From the NCBI RefSeq assembly GCF_006345805.1, contig NW_021832918.1:1-30202 (forward strand): a stretch of 30,202 nt of DNA, read 5' to 3'. Shown one piece after another: positions 10,541-22,374 of the stretch. The stretch comes from Octopus sinensis. Its lineage: Eukaryota. The position numbers and the translations under genes were made by a program. Positions within the stretch are counted from its first letter, which is position 1. The number at the start of each line of letters is the position of its first letter. Under the pieces are notes generated by a model that was given only the letters and a program-made list of their open reading frames with translations, searched no databases and was not told where the DNA came from.

Positions 10541-10635
10541 GGCTACAGAGGACACTTGTCAAATGTGCCGTGAAGTGGGTTCGAACTCAGAACATAGTTG
10601 TTTCAAAACTAAACATATTAACTACACATCTATGC
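10541..10635 (-). mobile_element. Degenerate SINE A head fragment
   Basis: GACACTTGTCAAATGTGCCG..GGGTTCGAACTC matches the reverse complement of the SINE A head. Confidence 0.55.
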
Positions 10636-10917
10636 ATACACTTATGATGATGCTATTTATAACTTCAGGTGTGTTGCCATAGGAAAATGACGTCATATCT
10701 CATATAAACATCTCAACAGAGAAAAGGCTTCAAGTGCTTTGAAAAGGAAGTCATCGTTAAATATTTATTTATATATCAAAGAATACAGGTGAAACTGGCA
10801 GAGAAGCCTTTGGATGGTTACTCGACATGCTAGAAATAGCACCAAAATCACCATCAAATCGAATCTACACACTCAGACATTGGACAATATACTGCACGAC
10901 AATGAAATCCTAGATTT

Positions 10918-11086
10918 AAGGCGCAGGTGTGACTGTGTGGTAAGAGGCTTGCGTCCCAACCGCATGGTTCCGGGTTCTGTCCCATTAGGTGGCACCTTGG
11001 GCAAGTGTCTTCTGAAATAGCCTCGAGCCGACCAAAGCCCTGTGAGTGGATTTCCTAGACGGAAACTGAAAGAAGCTCGTCGTAAA

Positions 11087-11119
<33 letters not shown>

Positions 11120-11124
11120 GTCTA

Positions 11125-11163
<39 letters not shown>

Positions 11164-11770
11164 GCTGTCGGTCTGTCTGTCCGTCGTCCGTCCGTTCGCC
11201 GTCCGTCCGGCCGTCCGTCCGTCCGTCCGTCGTCCGTCCGTCCGTCCGTCCGTCCGTCCGTCCGTCCGTCCGTCCGTCCGTCCGTCGTCCGTCCGTCCGT
11301 CCGTCCGTCCGTCCGTCCGTCCGTCCGTCCGCCTGCCTAAATAAGAATAAGATCCTTAATTTAATTATCGATCTTATCAAGTGGCTAGCATGTGAATAAG
11401 ATACCTTGAAAGGTAATAATATTATTAAAATTATAATTTAGGTTTGGCTGCTATTTCCAGCGTGGTTATCTCTTAGATACCCTAAATTATAATTTTAATA
11501 GTATATCTATAATTTTTGTATGCATGTATGTATTTATGTATGTATGAGTGTCTTTGTGTCAGTGTTTGTTCCCTCAACACTACTTCACAACCGGTGTTGG
11601 TGTGTTTTACATCCCCGTAACGTAGCAGTTCGGCAAAAGAGACCAATAGCATAAGTACTAGGCTTAAGAAATAAACCCTAGGGTCGATTTGTTCGACTAA
11701 AACCCCTTCAACGCGGTGTTTTCTGCATGGCCGCTGTCAAATGATTGAAACAAGCAAAAAAAAGAAAAGA
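10918..11770 (+). mobile_element. SINE A with expanded internal (TATC)n-(TGTC)n-(CCGT)n tract and an AT-rich insert
   Basis: Head 10918-11087, tetranucleotide tract 11088-11335, unrelated AT-rich 11340-11510, tail 11520-11770. Confidence 0.8.
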
Positions 11771-11995
11771 AAAAAAAAAACAAGAAACAAAGGAATATGA
11801 TATATTTAAAATATGATGAGATGGCCACGATTGGAATGCATTTGATCTGAAGCCTGTTATTTATTATTGTTGACTAGAAGGTAGACTTTGTTGAAGGTCT
11901 GACAAAAGACCGTGATATTTAATTATGAAATTTTAAGATTAGATATACACAACCGCAGCTACAAAAACTACAATTACAGACAATCCAGAACATTT

Positions 11996-12136
11996 GAGTG
12001 GCTGTGTGGTAAGTAGCTTGCTTACGGGTTCATTCCCACTGCGTGGCACCTTGGGCAAGTGTCTTCTACTATAGCCTCGGGCCGACCAAAGCCTTGTGAG
12101 TGGATTTGGTAGACGGAAACTGAAAAATACCCGTCG

Positions 12137-12175
<39 letters not shown>

Positions 12176-12304
12176 GTATATGTATGTATGTATGTATATA
12201 TATATATATGTATATGTATGTATGTATGTATATATATATATGTATGTATGTATGTATATGTGTGTGTGTATATGTTTGTGTGTATGTGTTTGTCCCCCCA
12301 AACA
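11996..12304 (+). mobile_element. SINE A, 3'-truncated
   Basis: Head and internal microsatellite; stops after GTTTGTCCCCCCAA. Confidence 0.85.
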
Positions 12305-12416
12305 CGAAGACGGGTGACCAACAAAAAATAGCAGCCAAATTCTGTCTAGCTGCGCTATACAATCTTAAATCATTGAAGGACACATTGGCCAATGTACCTA
12401 TATCCACACACACACA

Positions 12417-12462
<46 letters not shown>

Positions 12463-12739
12463 ATATGTACATATTGCGTAAGTAAAATTGCGTAACTGTT
12501 GTTAGCGAAACATGTCTATGATTAATCTATATTTTTGTTTCTTTTCATTTGTCTTGCTCACTTACGTTCTGGCGTTTGCTAAATTTCTGAAGAACATTCC
12601 TTTCATAGTGGTAAGACCATAGGGGTTTTGACTTCTAGCATAAGGGTTGTCCACGTAGTGGTCATCCCCCTTATATCTACGTAATATAATTTTCTGAAGC
12701 TTCAGATTTTAATATGCTAGACCACTGGTTTTATATCTA

Positions 12740-12742
12740 TCC

Positions 12743-12827
<85 letters not shown>

Positions 12828-12927
12828 CGTACGTACGTACCTACCTACCTACCTACATACCTACCTACCTACCTATCTATCTATCTACCTATCAACCTAC
12901 CTACCTACCTACCCCTACCTACTCTAC

Positions 12928-12968
<41 letters not shown>

Positions 12969-13068
12969 GTGTGTGTATATATATATATATATGTGTGTAT
13001 ATATATATATATGTGTATATATATATATGTATATTATATATATATGTGTATATATATATATATATGTA

Positions 13069-13107
<39 letters not shown>

Positions 13108-13145
13108 GTATATGTATAATATATATAATATATATATATATTATG

Positions 13146-13172
<27 letters not shown>
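12740..13172. repeat. (TATC)n/(TACC)n/(TC)n/(TA)n compound microsatellite
   Basis: Visible; explains ORF 12714..13238. Confidence 0.97.
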
Positions 13173-13176
<4 letters not shown>

Positions 13177-13224
13177 GTAGTAGTAACAGAAAAGAGGAAT
13201 TGTCCCCACGTGGTGGATTGTATG

Positions 13225-13318
13225 TATATAAGAAATAAAAAAGGAAAATACGCACTTACATGGTTATAATATAATTTTTAATAAGCGTGCGTATTTTCCT
13301 TTTTTAATTTCTTATATA
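13225..13318. repeat. ~30-bp inverted repeat with ~32-nt spacer
   Basis: TATATAAGAAATAAAAAGGAAAATACGCAC pairs with GTGCGTATTTTCCTTTTTTAATTTCTTATATA. Confidence 0.8.
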
Positions 13319-13344
13319 TATATGTATATATATTAAATCTATAT

Positions 13345-13520
13345 ATATATGTATAAAGTTTAGGGTTGGGGGCAAGACGATCACACTAGCCTCAGTACTG
13401 AATTTGTACCTATTTTATCGATCCTGAAAGGATAAAGTCGACCTCGGTGGAAGTTCAGTTCGGTACGTAAATTGCCGAAATAAATTCCGCTAATTGTCCT
13501 ACAAGCTCACAATTTTGCCT
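13345..13520 (-). mobile_element. Degenerate SINE B fragment
   Basis: TATCGATCCTGAAAGGATAAAGTCGACCTCGGTGGAA is the reverse complement of the SINE B core. Confidence 0.7.
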
Positions 13521-13710
13521 GATCGCCTTATATATGTCTACGTACATACATACATGCGTGCGTGTGTGTGTGTGATTGGAAAGGTTGGATGATCATAGAC
13601 ATGGATGAGACATCTTTTATCGTAGATCCGTTCGATCAAGTCTCACCCGCCGTTAAACAACAACGACAAGTTCCATAATCTTATATCATATATTTGAATG
13701 CAAGCTATTT

Positions 13711-14214
13711 GATGGCATGACAGGCCTCGACTATTGGGGTCGACTAGAAAAGCTAAAACTTATTCTCTCCAACGTCGTCGTGAGCTACATCATCTGCATG
13801 ATGTGGAAAATATTCCATCAGCATTGCCCAATGATGTTGGCATCACCTTTAAGGTACATCCAAGGCTTGGGCCCCGTGCCATCCGCCCCAAACAAAAATC
13901 GTACTCTCATCTCATACAACAATACGGCACAATATTTCACCTCAATTGGCCCCGCTCTCTTTAACATTACCAACAACCAAAAACACATAAAAACAGAAAC
14001 AGACCCTATAGGGTTCAAGAAGTCTTTGGACAGATTCCTTCAAGAAATCCCGGATAAACCCCCTACACCCGGATATGTCTCTGTAAACAATAACTCTCTA
14101 CTTGAGTGGGCCATAGTGCCCAAATTCTGACTTGAAAGACTTCACCAGGTGGTGCTATTAAGTTAGACATGGCCTGGGCCAATAATGGCCGAAACCTATC
14201 AAAGTATCAAAGTA
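13711..14214 (+). pseudogene. 5'-truncated CR1/L2-group LINE: frameshifted ORF2 C-terminus and 3' UTR
   Basis: Composite translation GLDYWGRLEKLK-YSLQRRRE-YIICMMWKI...GPALFNI...FKKSLDRFLQEIPDKP...NSLLEW matches the LxYxxRLxxLxLxSLxxRR / LFN / FKxxLD pattern. Ends GGCC-AATAAT-GGCC-GAAAC and (TATCAAAG)2. Confidence 0.8.
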
Positions 14215-14657
14215 AGCTAAAATTTGATGTTCATTCCAAGGTTATTTCCAAGATGTTTGTTAACTTAAGTATTTATTAACTTATACAAAGTTGGAACAGA
14301 TTTTCCGGATTTATTTCATAAAAAGAAAGAAAAACAACGGATTATCTTAAAAAGTAGCCCAGAATGAAAACGTTGTTAGTAAACCAACACATACACAAGC
14401 ACACAAGATCATATTTTCCTGTTTATGTTTGTCTATGGTTGTTACGCCAAATCGAACAACATTGACGGAAGGTGTCGAAATTGTGATGATATTTCGTCGA
14501 CATGGATGAAGCATGTCTGCGTTGATTGTATGTGCTTTTACGTGTTGTTTCCGCATGATTCTTAGTCGTCTCCCTGTCCTATATTTTCGTTACACACACA
14601 CACACACACACGAAAGCACATTTTTACCTGAGAACAATTTTTTATCTTAGTTTAGAT

Positions 14658-15055
14658 GGAGGCGTGGCTGTGTGGTAAGAGGCTTGCTTCCCAACTACAT
14701 TGTTCCAGGTTCACTTCCACTTCGTGGCACCTTGGGCAAGTATCTTCTACTATCGCCTCGGGCCGACCAAAACCTTGTGAGTGGATTTGGTAGATGGAAA
14801 CTGAAAGAAGCCTGTCGTGTATATGTATGTGTGTGTGTGTGTTTGTGTGTCTGTGTTTGTCCCCCCCCCCACCATCGATTGGCAACCGATATTGGTGTTT
14901 ACGTCCCCGTAACCTAGCGGTTCAGCAACAGAGAACGATAGAATAAGTACGATGCTTATAAAGAATAAGTCCTGGGGTCGATTTGTTCGACTAAAAGGTG
15001 GTGCTCCAGCATGACCGCAGTCAAAAAACTGATACAACTAAAAGAATATAAGAAT
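14658..15055 (+). mobile_element. SINE A, full length
   Basis: Colinear with the other SINE A copies. Confidence 0.9.
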
Positions 15056-15361
15056 GGAAGGCATTGTCCGCGGCCGCTTCCACAGCCTCCAAGAATTGCG
15101 GTATGAAGAGTAAAAATGGTATTCTCGTACCTGACACCGAATGCTTGCAACAAGGAACACTGCGACAAAGGTTCAAACACACCCAACTTGGTCGGCGGTG
15201 GTATTGAACCAGGCGACAGATTGAGTCTGATTTTAATTTTCTTGGTAAACAATTCAATGATATTCAATATTCAGTAGAATTCTTAACTTTAAAATCATAA
15301 ATTTTGAAATATCAATGAGGTCACACACCCGAAAATAATTTGCATACAGTTCAGAAAATAG

Positions 15362-15429
15362 TACTCTTTACTCTTTTACTTGTTTCAGTCATTTTACTGT
15401 GCCCATGCTGGAGCACCTCCTTCAGTCGA
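15362..15429 (-). mobile_element. SINE A 3' tail only
   Basis: CTCTTTTACTTGTTTCAGTCATTT..CATGCTGGAGCACC. Confidence 0.8.
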
Positions 15430-15544
15430 CACACACACACACACACACACACACTGACTCACATATATAAACACGACTTGTTTCCCCATAGTTTCTGTAG
15501 AGCAAATTCACTCGCAAACCATTATTGTTGTTAACAACAGTAAT

Positions 15545-15715
15545 AGTCCTTTCTACTACAGGCATAAGGCCGGAAAATTTGGGCGAGGAAGCTCATCGAT
15601 TACATTCACCCCATTGAGGTGGGGGGGAGGCTAGTCGATTACTTATTTAATCGATCTCAAAAGGATGAAACGCATTTGAACTCAGAATGTAAAGATAGAC
15701 GAAATGCCGTCGTTT
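15545..15715 (-). mobile_element. Rearranged SINE B fragment
   Basis: AAAAGGATGAAA..TTTGAACTCAGAA..GACGAAATGCCG matches SINE B; tail variant as at 10255-10292. Confidence 0.65.
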
Positions 15716-15843
15716 ATGTTTAGACGCAGGTCAGCGCTAACGGTGCGAAAGTCACTCAAAGAATAAACTATTTCATTATATTTGTTCAGGGAATGGTAGA
15801 CTGCAGAGCACATTACACATTTAAAATTGGTAATGTGTGTCTT

Positions 15844-15990
15844 GTGCAGGCGCGTGGCCTAGTGACTAGGCTGTTGGGCTTAAAGTCTCTAGATGGTGGG
15901 TTCGTTTCTCGGACCGGGTGATGTGTTTTGTCCTTGAACACAGCATGCCATTTTCCCTTGTTGTTCAAGTATGCACAGGGGAAAATAGCA
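15844..15990 (+). mobile_element. Degenerate SINE family C head
   Basis: GGCGCGTGGCCTAGTG..GGTTCGTTTCTCGGACCGGG aligns with 23209-23450 (-). Confidence 0.6.
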
Positions 15991-16726
15991 CCCTTAGGTG
16001 GGATAGTTAAGACAGCCATGAACTGGATATTAGCCTAAATGCCTTGAAAGTCTAAATAAAGTTCGGTTCCATGGGCCCCTCAGTAGGTTCGGAAAGTAAA
16101 GAAGCAAATAAAGAATATTGCATGCAGTTTGAGTGAGATTTGGGTGTTTCCTCTAGCAGACCGAGAGAACACAACGTAACTTTTTTTTTATAACTGCCTG
16201 AGGCTAGGATATATTTATGAAAATGAAGCCTTGCTATGTGATTCGATAAACTCACGAGAGATATAATAACAACAGCTATTGAAGTAAAATACGTAGCATA
16301 GAATTTGGCTTGTTAGATAAAATACTACATGATTAGAGATCAGAATTTATAAAGTACAATATGGGAATCTGCAGAAGATATCAAATGTTAAACTAATCAA
16401 TTCATGTAATCTTATATTCTCTTATATCGTCAACCAATGAAGTGTTTTCGATAGTGTAAGATATAAAAAAATGTTATTCAGATTGATTAGCTATTGATTA
16501 GCTACTGAAGGTTACAGGCAAGTTAATGACTTGATCAAGCATAGTGGTATTATGAATGAAACTTTATATTCTTTAGAGAATACTACCTGAGATAAAGAAG
16601 CATGCATTACATAGAACGTATTGAAACCAATGTAAAATTATAAAAAAGAGAAAATGCAAAACTTTGTTAAGCACCATCGTTGATATTAATGTTATAGCTA
16701 TAATAAAAGTATTATATATGTGTGTG

Positions 16727-17002
16727 TCTTGCTCTCTCTGCAATTCCTTGTACATCGGACAAACGGGACGCCGCTTGGCTGACCGGTTCGCGGAACACCT
16801 TCGTGACATCCACCTTGCGAACGACACACCGGTCTCACGCCATTTCCGCTCCACCGGTCACTCCTTGCAACACCTATCTGTGTTCGGTTTGTCCTTACAC
16901 AGAGGCCATCCGGATTCCCGTTTGCGCCGTGAACAGGAATTAATCTTCTCTCTTCGCTCTTATACGCCATTTGGTCTCAACTCTCCCCCCCTCCTCATCT
17001 AA
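16727..17002 (+). pseudogene. GIY-YIG endonuclease C-terminal fragment of a Penelope-like element (5'-truncated)
   Basis: SCSLCNSLYIGQTGRRLADRFAEH..PVSRHF..H..LSVFGL..RLRREQELIFSL..PFGLN shows the CxxC, YIG, conserved R, catalytic E and terminal GLN motifs of PLE GIY-YIG domains. The upstream Met is fortuitous. Confidence 0.88.
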
Positions 17003-17876
17003 CCCCCCTCTCCCCCCCTCCTCACCTATCCTTTCTCCTCCCCTCCCCCCCGACCCCTACTTCTTCACTCCTTCATCCTTTCACCCCTACTCCTCCCCTT
17101 CTTCTTCTCCCTCTTCCTCCCTCCCCTTCCCCTTCCCTCTGCTCCCTCACTACCCTCTCTCTCCCTTCTCTCTCCCCTCTCCCTCTTTCCTTCCTCCTTC
17201 ATCCCCCCATCCCCCTTCCTTCTCCCCCATCCTCTCCTCTCCCCCCTTCTCCTCCCCCTCTTCTTCCCCTTCCCTTCTCTTCCCCCCTCCTTCTTCTCCC
17301 CCCTCCCCCTCTTCTCCTCCTCCCCCTCTTCTCCTCACTACACCACATGACTTTACACATCATATCACATATGATGTGCCATACTAATACACACACCAAC
17401 TAATACATACTAATACGTACTAATACATACTAGTACATACTAATACTTACACCACCCTATACATACACACGTCCAGACCCCGCATACGCACTTATACTCT
17501 CTCACACACACACACACACACCTATACATACCAATACGTACTAATACATACTAATACATACACCAACCCCATACATACGCACGTCCAGACCAATCTTACG
17601 CACTATACTCTCTCATACACACACACACACACACACACAACCTTATACATACTAATAACATACACCAACCCTATACATACACACATCCAGACCCTCCCAC
17701 GCACTTTTAGCTGGTCCCTCAACCCTTTTATCAACCCTATTATCTCCCCTTATTTCGCTCTCGCGTCTCATGTTTGATCTTTGACCTCTGGCCGAAATCA
17801 GTCGCCATGTTGATTCGTTAGCTACTGCACGCATTTTTTTTCTCTCCTTCTTTCTGTGTTTTTCTCTCTCTGTGTA

Positions 17877-17915
17877 TCTTTCTGTTGAAGAGCGTAGGCT
17901 CGAAACGTTAAAGAC
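17877..17915 (+). ncRNA. Minimal hammerhead-like motif with A6U core variant
   Basis: TCTTT-CTGTTGA-A-GAGC(GTAG)GCTC-GAAA-CG-TT-AAAGA. Stem I TCTTT/AAAGA, 4-bp stem II, palindromic ACGT stem III that could only form as a dimer. Confidence 0.5.
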
Positions 17916-18040
17916 TTGTTTTATTTATATTTCCTGAGCGCCATACTAATACAATTGTTCGTTTGTTTTCCACCTGCCTTCGTCTTTTGTTTATTTTCAT
18001 AAAGCTTCCCGTTATATATATATATACATATATATATATG

Positions 18041-18082
<42 letters not shown>

Positions 18083-18299
18083 TAGATGTATAGATGTGTG
18101 TATTTTCCCCTTGTTAACATTTAACAGGGAAAAATATATAAATAGTTACCAGGGAAGCAAAAAATCACACAAGTAAAACGGTTGCAACTCCTTGTTTTTA
18201 AAGGTAGAAAACAATCTTAATAGCGCTCAGTTAATCGCTATATATATATATATATATCCATAATTTTCTGTTAAAATGCCTTATTGACGTGTTTCATTT

Positions 18300-18397
18300 C
18301 TTCACTTCCCTGAAGAGAAGATTACATTGTTTTACACCATTTTATTCCTTTGGAATAATACCAGTGGTATCTTCGAAACAAGTGTCGGAAGTAGAAG
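18300..18397 (+). ncRNA. Type I hammerhead ribozyme with canonical core
   Basis: CTTCACTTCC-CTGAAGA(18310-18316)-GAAGAT...ATCTTC-GAAA(18375-18378)-CAAGTG-TC-GGAAGTAGAAG. Stem I 10 bp with one bulge, G10.1-C11.1 stem II with nested hairpin, GUC site with cut after 18386. Confidence 0.85.
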
Positions 18398-18424
18398 AAT
18401 TTGAATAACACCTGCGTTAACTCC

Positions 18425-18464
<40 letters not shown>

Positions 18465-18544
18465 TGCTGTATATATAATACATTCATACATATATATTTA
18501 TATATAATATATACATACATATATATATATATATGTGTATATAT

Positions 18545-18590
<46 letters not shown>

Positions 18591-18591
18591 T

Positions 18592-18622
<31 letters not shown>

Positions 18623-18970
18623 ATGCATCTATGTACGTATGTATTGTTAGGAGGTTAAAGATTTAGGAAATACAGTCTACTGCCTCAGTTAGCACTGAGG
18701 CGGAATTAAGGCTGAAAGAATGCAAAAGAGGGAAAATTAGAAACAGTATTCAGTTAATCCAAAAGAGACGTTCCGTACAGATTGTAAATCCAGTGAAATG
18801 CACCGACTAGGAGATTAGTGCTTCCGTCGCAGAATATAAATGTAGTCAAGCAAAGGTGTGTAGACGAAGGTTTTTATATTTACTAATTAGTTACGATAGT
18901 TTCGATAATTAATGTGATGCTACATCAATTAACATCATAGGGTAATTAAAAAAATATGTAAAAAAATATG

Positions 18971-19368
18971 TAGGCGTAGGAGTGGCTGTGTGGTAAGTAG
19001 CTTGCTTACCAACTACATGGTTCCGAGTTCAGTCCCTCTGCGTGGCACCTTGGGCAGGTGTCTTCATCTATAGCCTCGGGCCGACTAAACCCTTGTGAGT
19101 GGATTTGGTAGACGGAAATTGAAAGAAGCCCGTCGTATATATGTAGATATGTATGCATATATGAACGCGTGTGTATATGTTTGTGTATCTGTGTTTGCCC
19201 CCCCAACATCGCTTGACAATCGATGGTGGTGTGTTTATGTTTGGCAAAAGAAATCGATAGAATAACTACTAGGCTTACGAAGAATAAGTCCTGGGGTCGA
19301 TTTGCTCGACGAAAAGCGGTTCTCCAGCATGACCACAATCAAATGACTGAATCCAGTAAAAGAGTAAA
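18971..19368 (+). mobile_element. SINE A, full length
   Basis: TAGGCGTAGGAGTGGCTGTGTGGTAAG head through AAATGACTGAA..TAAAAGAG tail. Confidence 0.92.
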
Positions 19369-19941
19369 GCTATATGATATTAAATTAAATTTTCCACCAA
19401 TTATCTGACTGCACTTGGCGTAGATGCAATACGTATTTGTAAAGCGTGTTCGACTTACGTTAATCGTTAATCGAGTTTAATATTCCGTGACTAAACCCAG
19501 CCTTGTACTTAATGGAAACAAATCATTGAATACACGTTTTAGATGATTTCAAATAAATTTCACTTTTAGTCAAGTCACACTCAGGTCTATTTTCGATGAA
19601 GAACATCTAAATAATAAATAAGACTTGTTTTCCGGTAAAATTTTTCCTAGCTTTCACTTTGTATTAAATCATATCATTCAACGTCTCTTGAGAGCCATGC
19701 TCAATGGCCAGTTAAACCTTGACAAAATCTAGCGAGAGTTAATTTTTGTAGTCATAATTTGATCAATCACTTTCACAGCACCTGTCATAATATCGGACAT
19801 CGTTGTAACTTTGACACATGTGGAGCAGTGAATATAACATAATTTGAAACATTTGTATAATTTTAGTATATATTGCTTGTTATATATTAGTTAGTAATTT
19901 CTCTTCCCACCTCTCTCTTTCTTTCTCTCTTTCTCCTTCTC

Positions 19942-20010
<69 letters not shown>

Positions 20011-20011
<1 letters not shown>

Positions 20012-20280
20012 GAGGCGCAATGGCCGAGCGGACTTGCTGTCGTAGGCTCGTGGTTTCGATTCCCAGACCGGGCGTTGTGAGTGTTTATTGAGCGAAAACA
20101 CCTAAAAGCTCCACGAGGCTACGGCAGGGAGTGGAGGCAATCCCTGCTGTACTCTTTCGCCGCAACTTTCTTTCACTCTTTCTTCTGTTGGCCTGCTCGC
20201 TCAGCCAGCGGGGTGGCATCATTTGAAGGCTTAAACAATGCGAAGCGCATTGTGACCAGCGATGTGTAGCAACATTTGAT
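20011..20280 (+). mobile_element. SINE family D (tRNA-like head, distinct body)
   Basis: GGAGGCGCAATGGCC..GGTTTCGATTCCCAGACCGGG A/B-box-like head; body unrelated to A-C. Single copy in the window. Confidence 0.6.
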
Positions 20281-20347
20281 TGCCAGAGTGAATCTTTGTG
20301 TGTTTTTAAATGGCTTATAAACACCTTCCACGCTGTAATTGATTTCG

Positions 20348-20397
20348 TTCCAGAACACGATCTCTGATTAGGTCACTTTCTATGCAAGTACATCTCC
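20348..20397 (+). repeat. Dispersed repeat fragment, second copy at ~22100-22150
   Basis: TTCCAGNACACGATCTC..TCACTT..TATGCAAGTACATC is shared by both loci. Confidence 0.65.
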
Positions 20398-20442
<45 letters not shown>

Positions 20443-21071
20443 CATTTATGTCAGGCCGTTCTCGTGCGCTATTGTTAACATGTAACCCAGTATAACCCTT
20501 TGCATGGTCGGGTCGTCGGTGACGAAACTGGCAACCCCACCAAACTTATTTGGTGAAGAGTGTGATTGTTGGACACCCTGCAGGCGAAGAGTGACTAGAA
20601 AGCTAGGGCATGCAGTCCACCCCATCCTGCCACATGAGGCTGTGGGTGGGGTGTTACGAGTGTTTCACCGACCACAGTTTTCCATGAACAGTGTAGTATT
20701 ATGTATGCTTTGAGATATGGGGAATCTGAAAATGAAAATAGCCCCCCCCCCACCGCCTACGATGCACCGTTTTGAAGAAGTTAGTAAGTCACCAGAGACG
20801 TACATATAACTCTGGAAATCACCTTCCAACGATTTCATGCAGTAGGGGCTATCCAAGCCGTCGACATTGAGAAAAAGTAGAAATTCTTTTTAAAGTTTGG
20901 AAGAAAATTCGATATTCACGAACTCTTGAAGCTGATTGAGAGAACATCAAATTAAGTGAATGTGTATAACAATGTATAACTTCTGTCAGTGATGCCCTAA
21001 ACCGTTCCTTCTCATCAACAAATGGCAAAACTTGTGACAGTTAAGATTTCATTCGAAGGTATGTAGTCTCA

Positions 21072-21240
21072 AAGGCGGCGAGCTGGCTAAGGCGGAGAGT
21101 TGGCAGAAACGTTAGCACGCCGGGCGAAATGCGTAGCCGTATTTCGTCTGCCGTTACGTTCTGAGTTCAAATTCCGCTTTGTCTGTCCTTGTTTGTCCCC
21201 TCTGTGATTAGTCCCTTGTGGGTAGTAAAGAAATAGGTTT
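21072..21240 (+). mobile_element. SINE B with duplicated head and deleted core
   Basis: AAGGCGGCGAGCTGGC-TAAGGCGGAGAGTTGGC; B-box joined directly to the tail. Confidence 0.8.
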
Positions 21241-21665
21241 GTAGTCTCACCAAACATAACAGCAACAACTGCTGTGTTTTTTTTTTGTAAATTTTCGATT
21301 ACTGGCTTAATCACACCTTCGCGTGTAACAACTACACAATTAAATGATTTCATTTTGAATATCACTTAAAAGTGATATTCGTTTTCAATATCCCTTCAAA
21401 GCTGAGGAAATGTGTTCGTATACAGACAAACTAACAAACATAAGTAACAGAAAAAATTGTTCATCATTCACTAAGTCTGTTCATAATCAAAATAATAATG
21501 TCCTTCCTTGCTGTCAACTTCGGCTTTGATTTTCAGCTTAATCTTTGATTTCTCTCTTCCGAGAATAATAATATTCCCTTCTGTTTCAAAATTGGGGTAA
21601 GTAGAGAGAAAACTAAACGACCCATTTGTCATCCCGAGGGTGATTGAAAGAATGAAAAATTCTAC

Positions 21666-21961
21666 TCATTTTCATTTTCATCTAGTTTCAGCTCACGAGC
21701 TGTGGCCATGCTGGGGCACCACCATTCGGTGTTGCTACATGATTTTACTTCACGAATGCTTTTTAGCAATTGACATTTGGTGCATGAGAGAGTTCGATGC
21801 AGCTGCCCTCATCTGCACCTCCTGCCGTGAAGTTGGTTCATCTGGGACACCTGACAGGAAGAGGTCCAGCTTTATTTTAAAGACATCTGCATCCAACCCA
21901 TGCAGGTTTCTCAGGTCCTTCGAGAGGATATTGAAGAGCTGCGGACCTCTGAAGCCCAGGG
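21666..21961 (-). pseudogene. 5'-truncated CR1/L2-group LINE 3' end (ORF2 C-terminus, 3' UTR, tail)
   Basis: Minus frame LGFRGPQLFNILSKDLRNLHGLDADVFKIKLDLFLSGVPDEP..AAASNSLMHQMSIAKKHS* (stop 21750-21752), then GGTGGTGCCCCAGCATGGCCACAGCTCGTGAGCTGAAAC and (TGAAAA)n. Confidence 0.82.
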
Positions 21962-22374
21962 TTATAACTTTAAGTTATAACTGGGTTATAATCTTTTTAA
22001 ATGAATCGAAGCTTTATGCTAATAAAAAATTGAGGTACTAGTTTACTTTTTTATGTAAACTTTCTTAAACATACAATTGCAGCATGGAAGGTAGTTTCCT
22101 TCCAGCACACGATCTCAGATCAGATCACTTGGTATGCAAGTACATCGCCGAAATTTCTTAAATAATTTTAGTACTTAAAATTAAATTTCAAAGCATTGGC
22201 ATGAGCAAATGGATGACAACTTTACTTTTTAATCACACACACACACACACACATTGCAGGTTTCTTCTTTTTGTGTGAAATAATCAAGAAAACACTAGGG
22301 TCACATGACTGAATTCAGATCTTAAGAAGGGATCAAAAACACTCTCTCTATTGGTTACATCTGTTTAGAAAGCA

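Larger units (their letters stand above)
16727..18012 (+). mobile_element. 5'-truncated Penelope-like element: EN remnant, pyrimidine tract, ~105-bp tandem repeats, HHR-bearing terminus, (TA)n
   Basis: Pyrimidine tract 17003-17335; about three units starting ~17455, ~17567 and ~17669; terminal 17815-18012 homologous to 24791-24974 (-); ends at (TA)n. Confidence 0.75.

Noticed and set aside
11042-11380. RPSV/DGRT repeat ORFs
   Set aside because: Tetranucleotide repeat inside a SINE.
12496-12520. GAAA-CATG-TC palindromic stem III-like motif
   Set aside because: No valid core or stem II upstream.
16698-16970. Antisense and alternate-frame ORFs over the GIY-YIG fragment
   Set aside because: Shadow frames of the PLE endonuclease sequence.
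20470-20700. GC-richer segment resembling a LINE 5' UTR
   Set aside because: No following ORF, no second copy and no ribozyme fold found.
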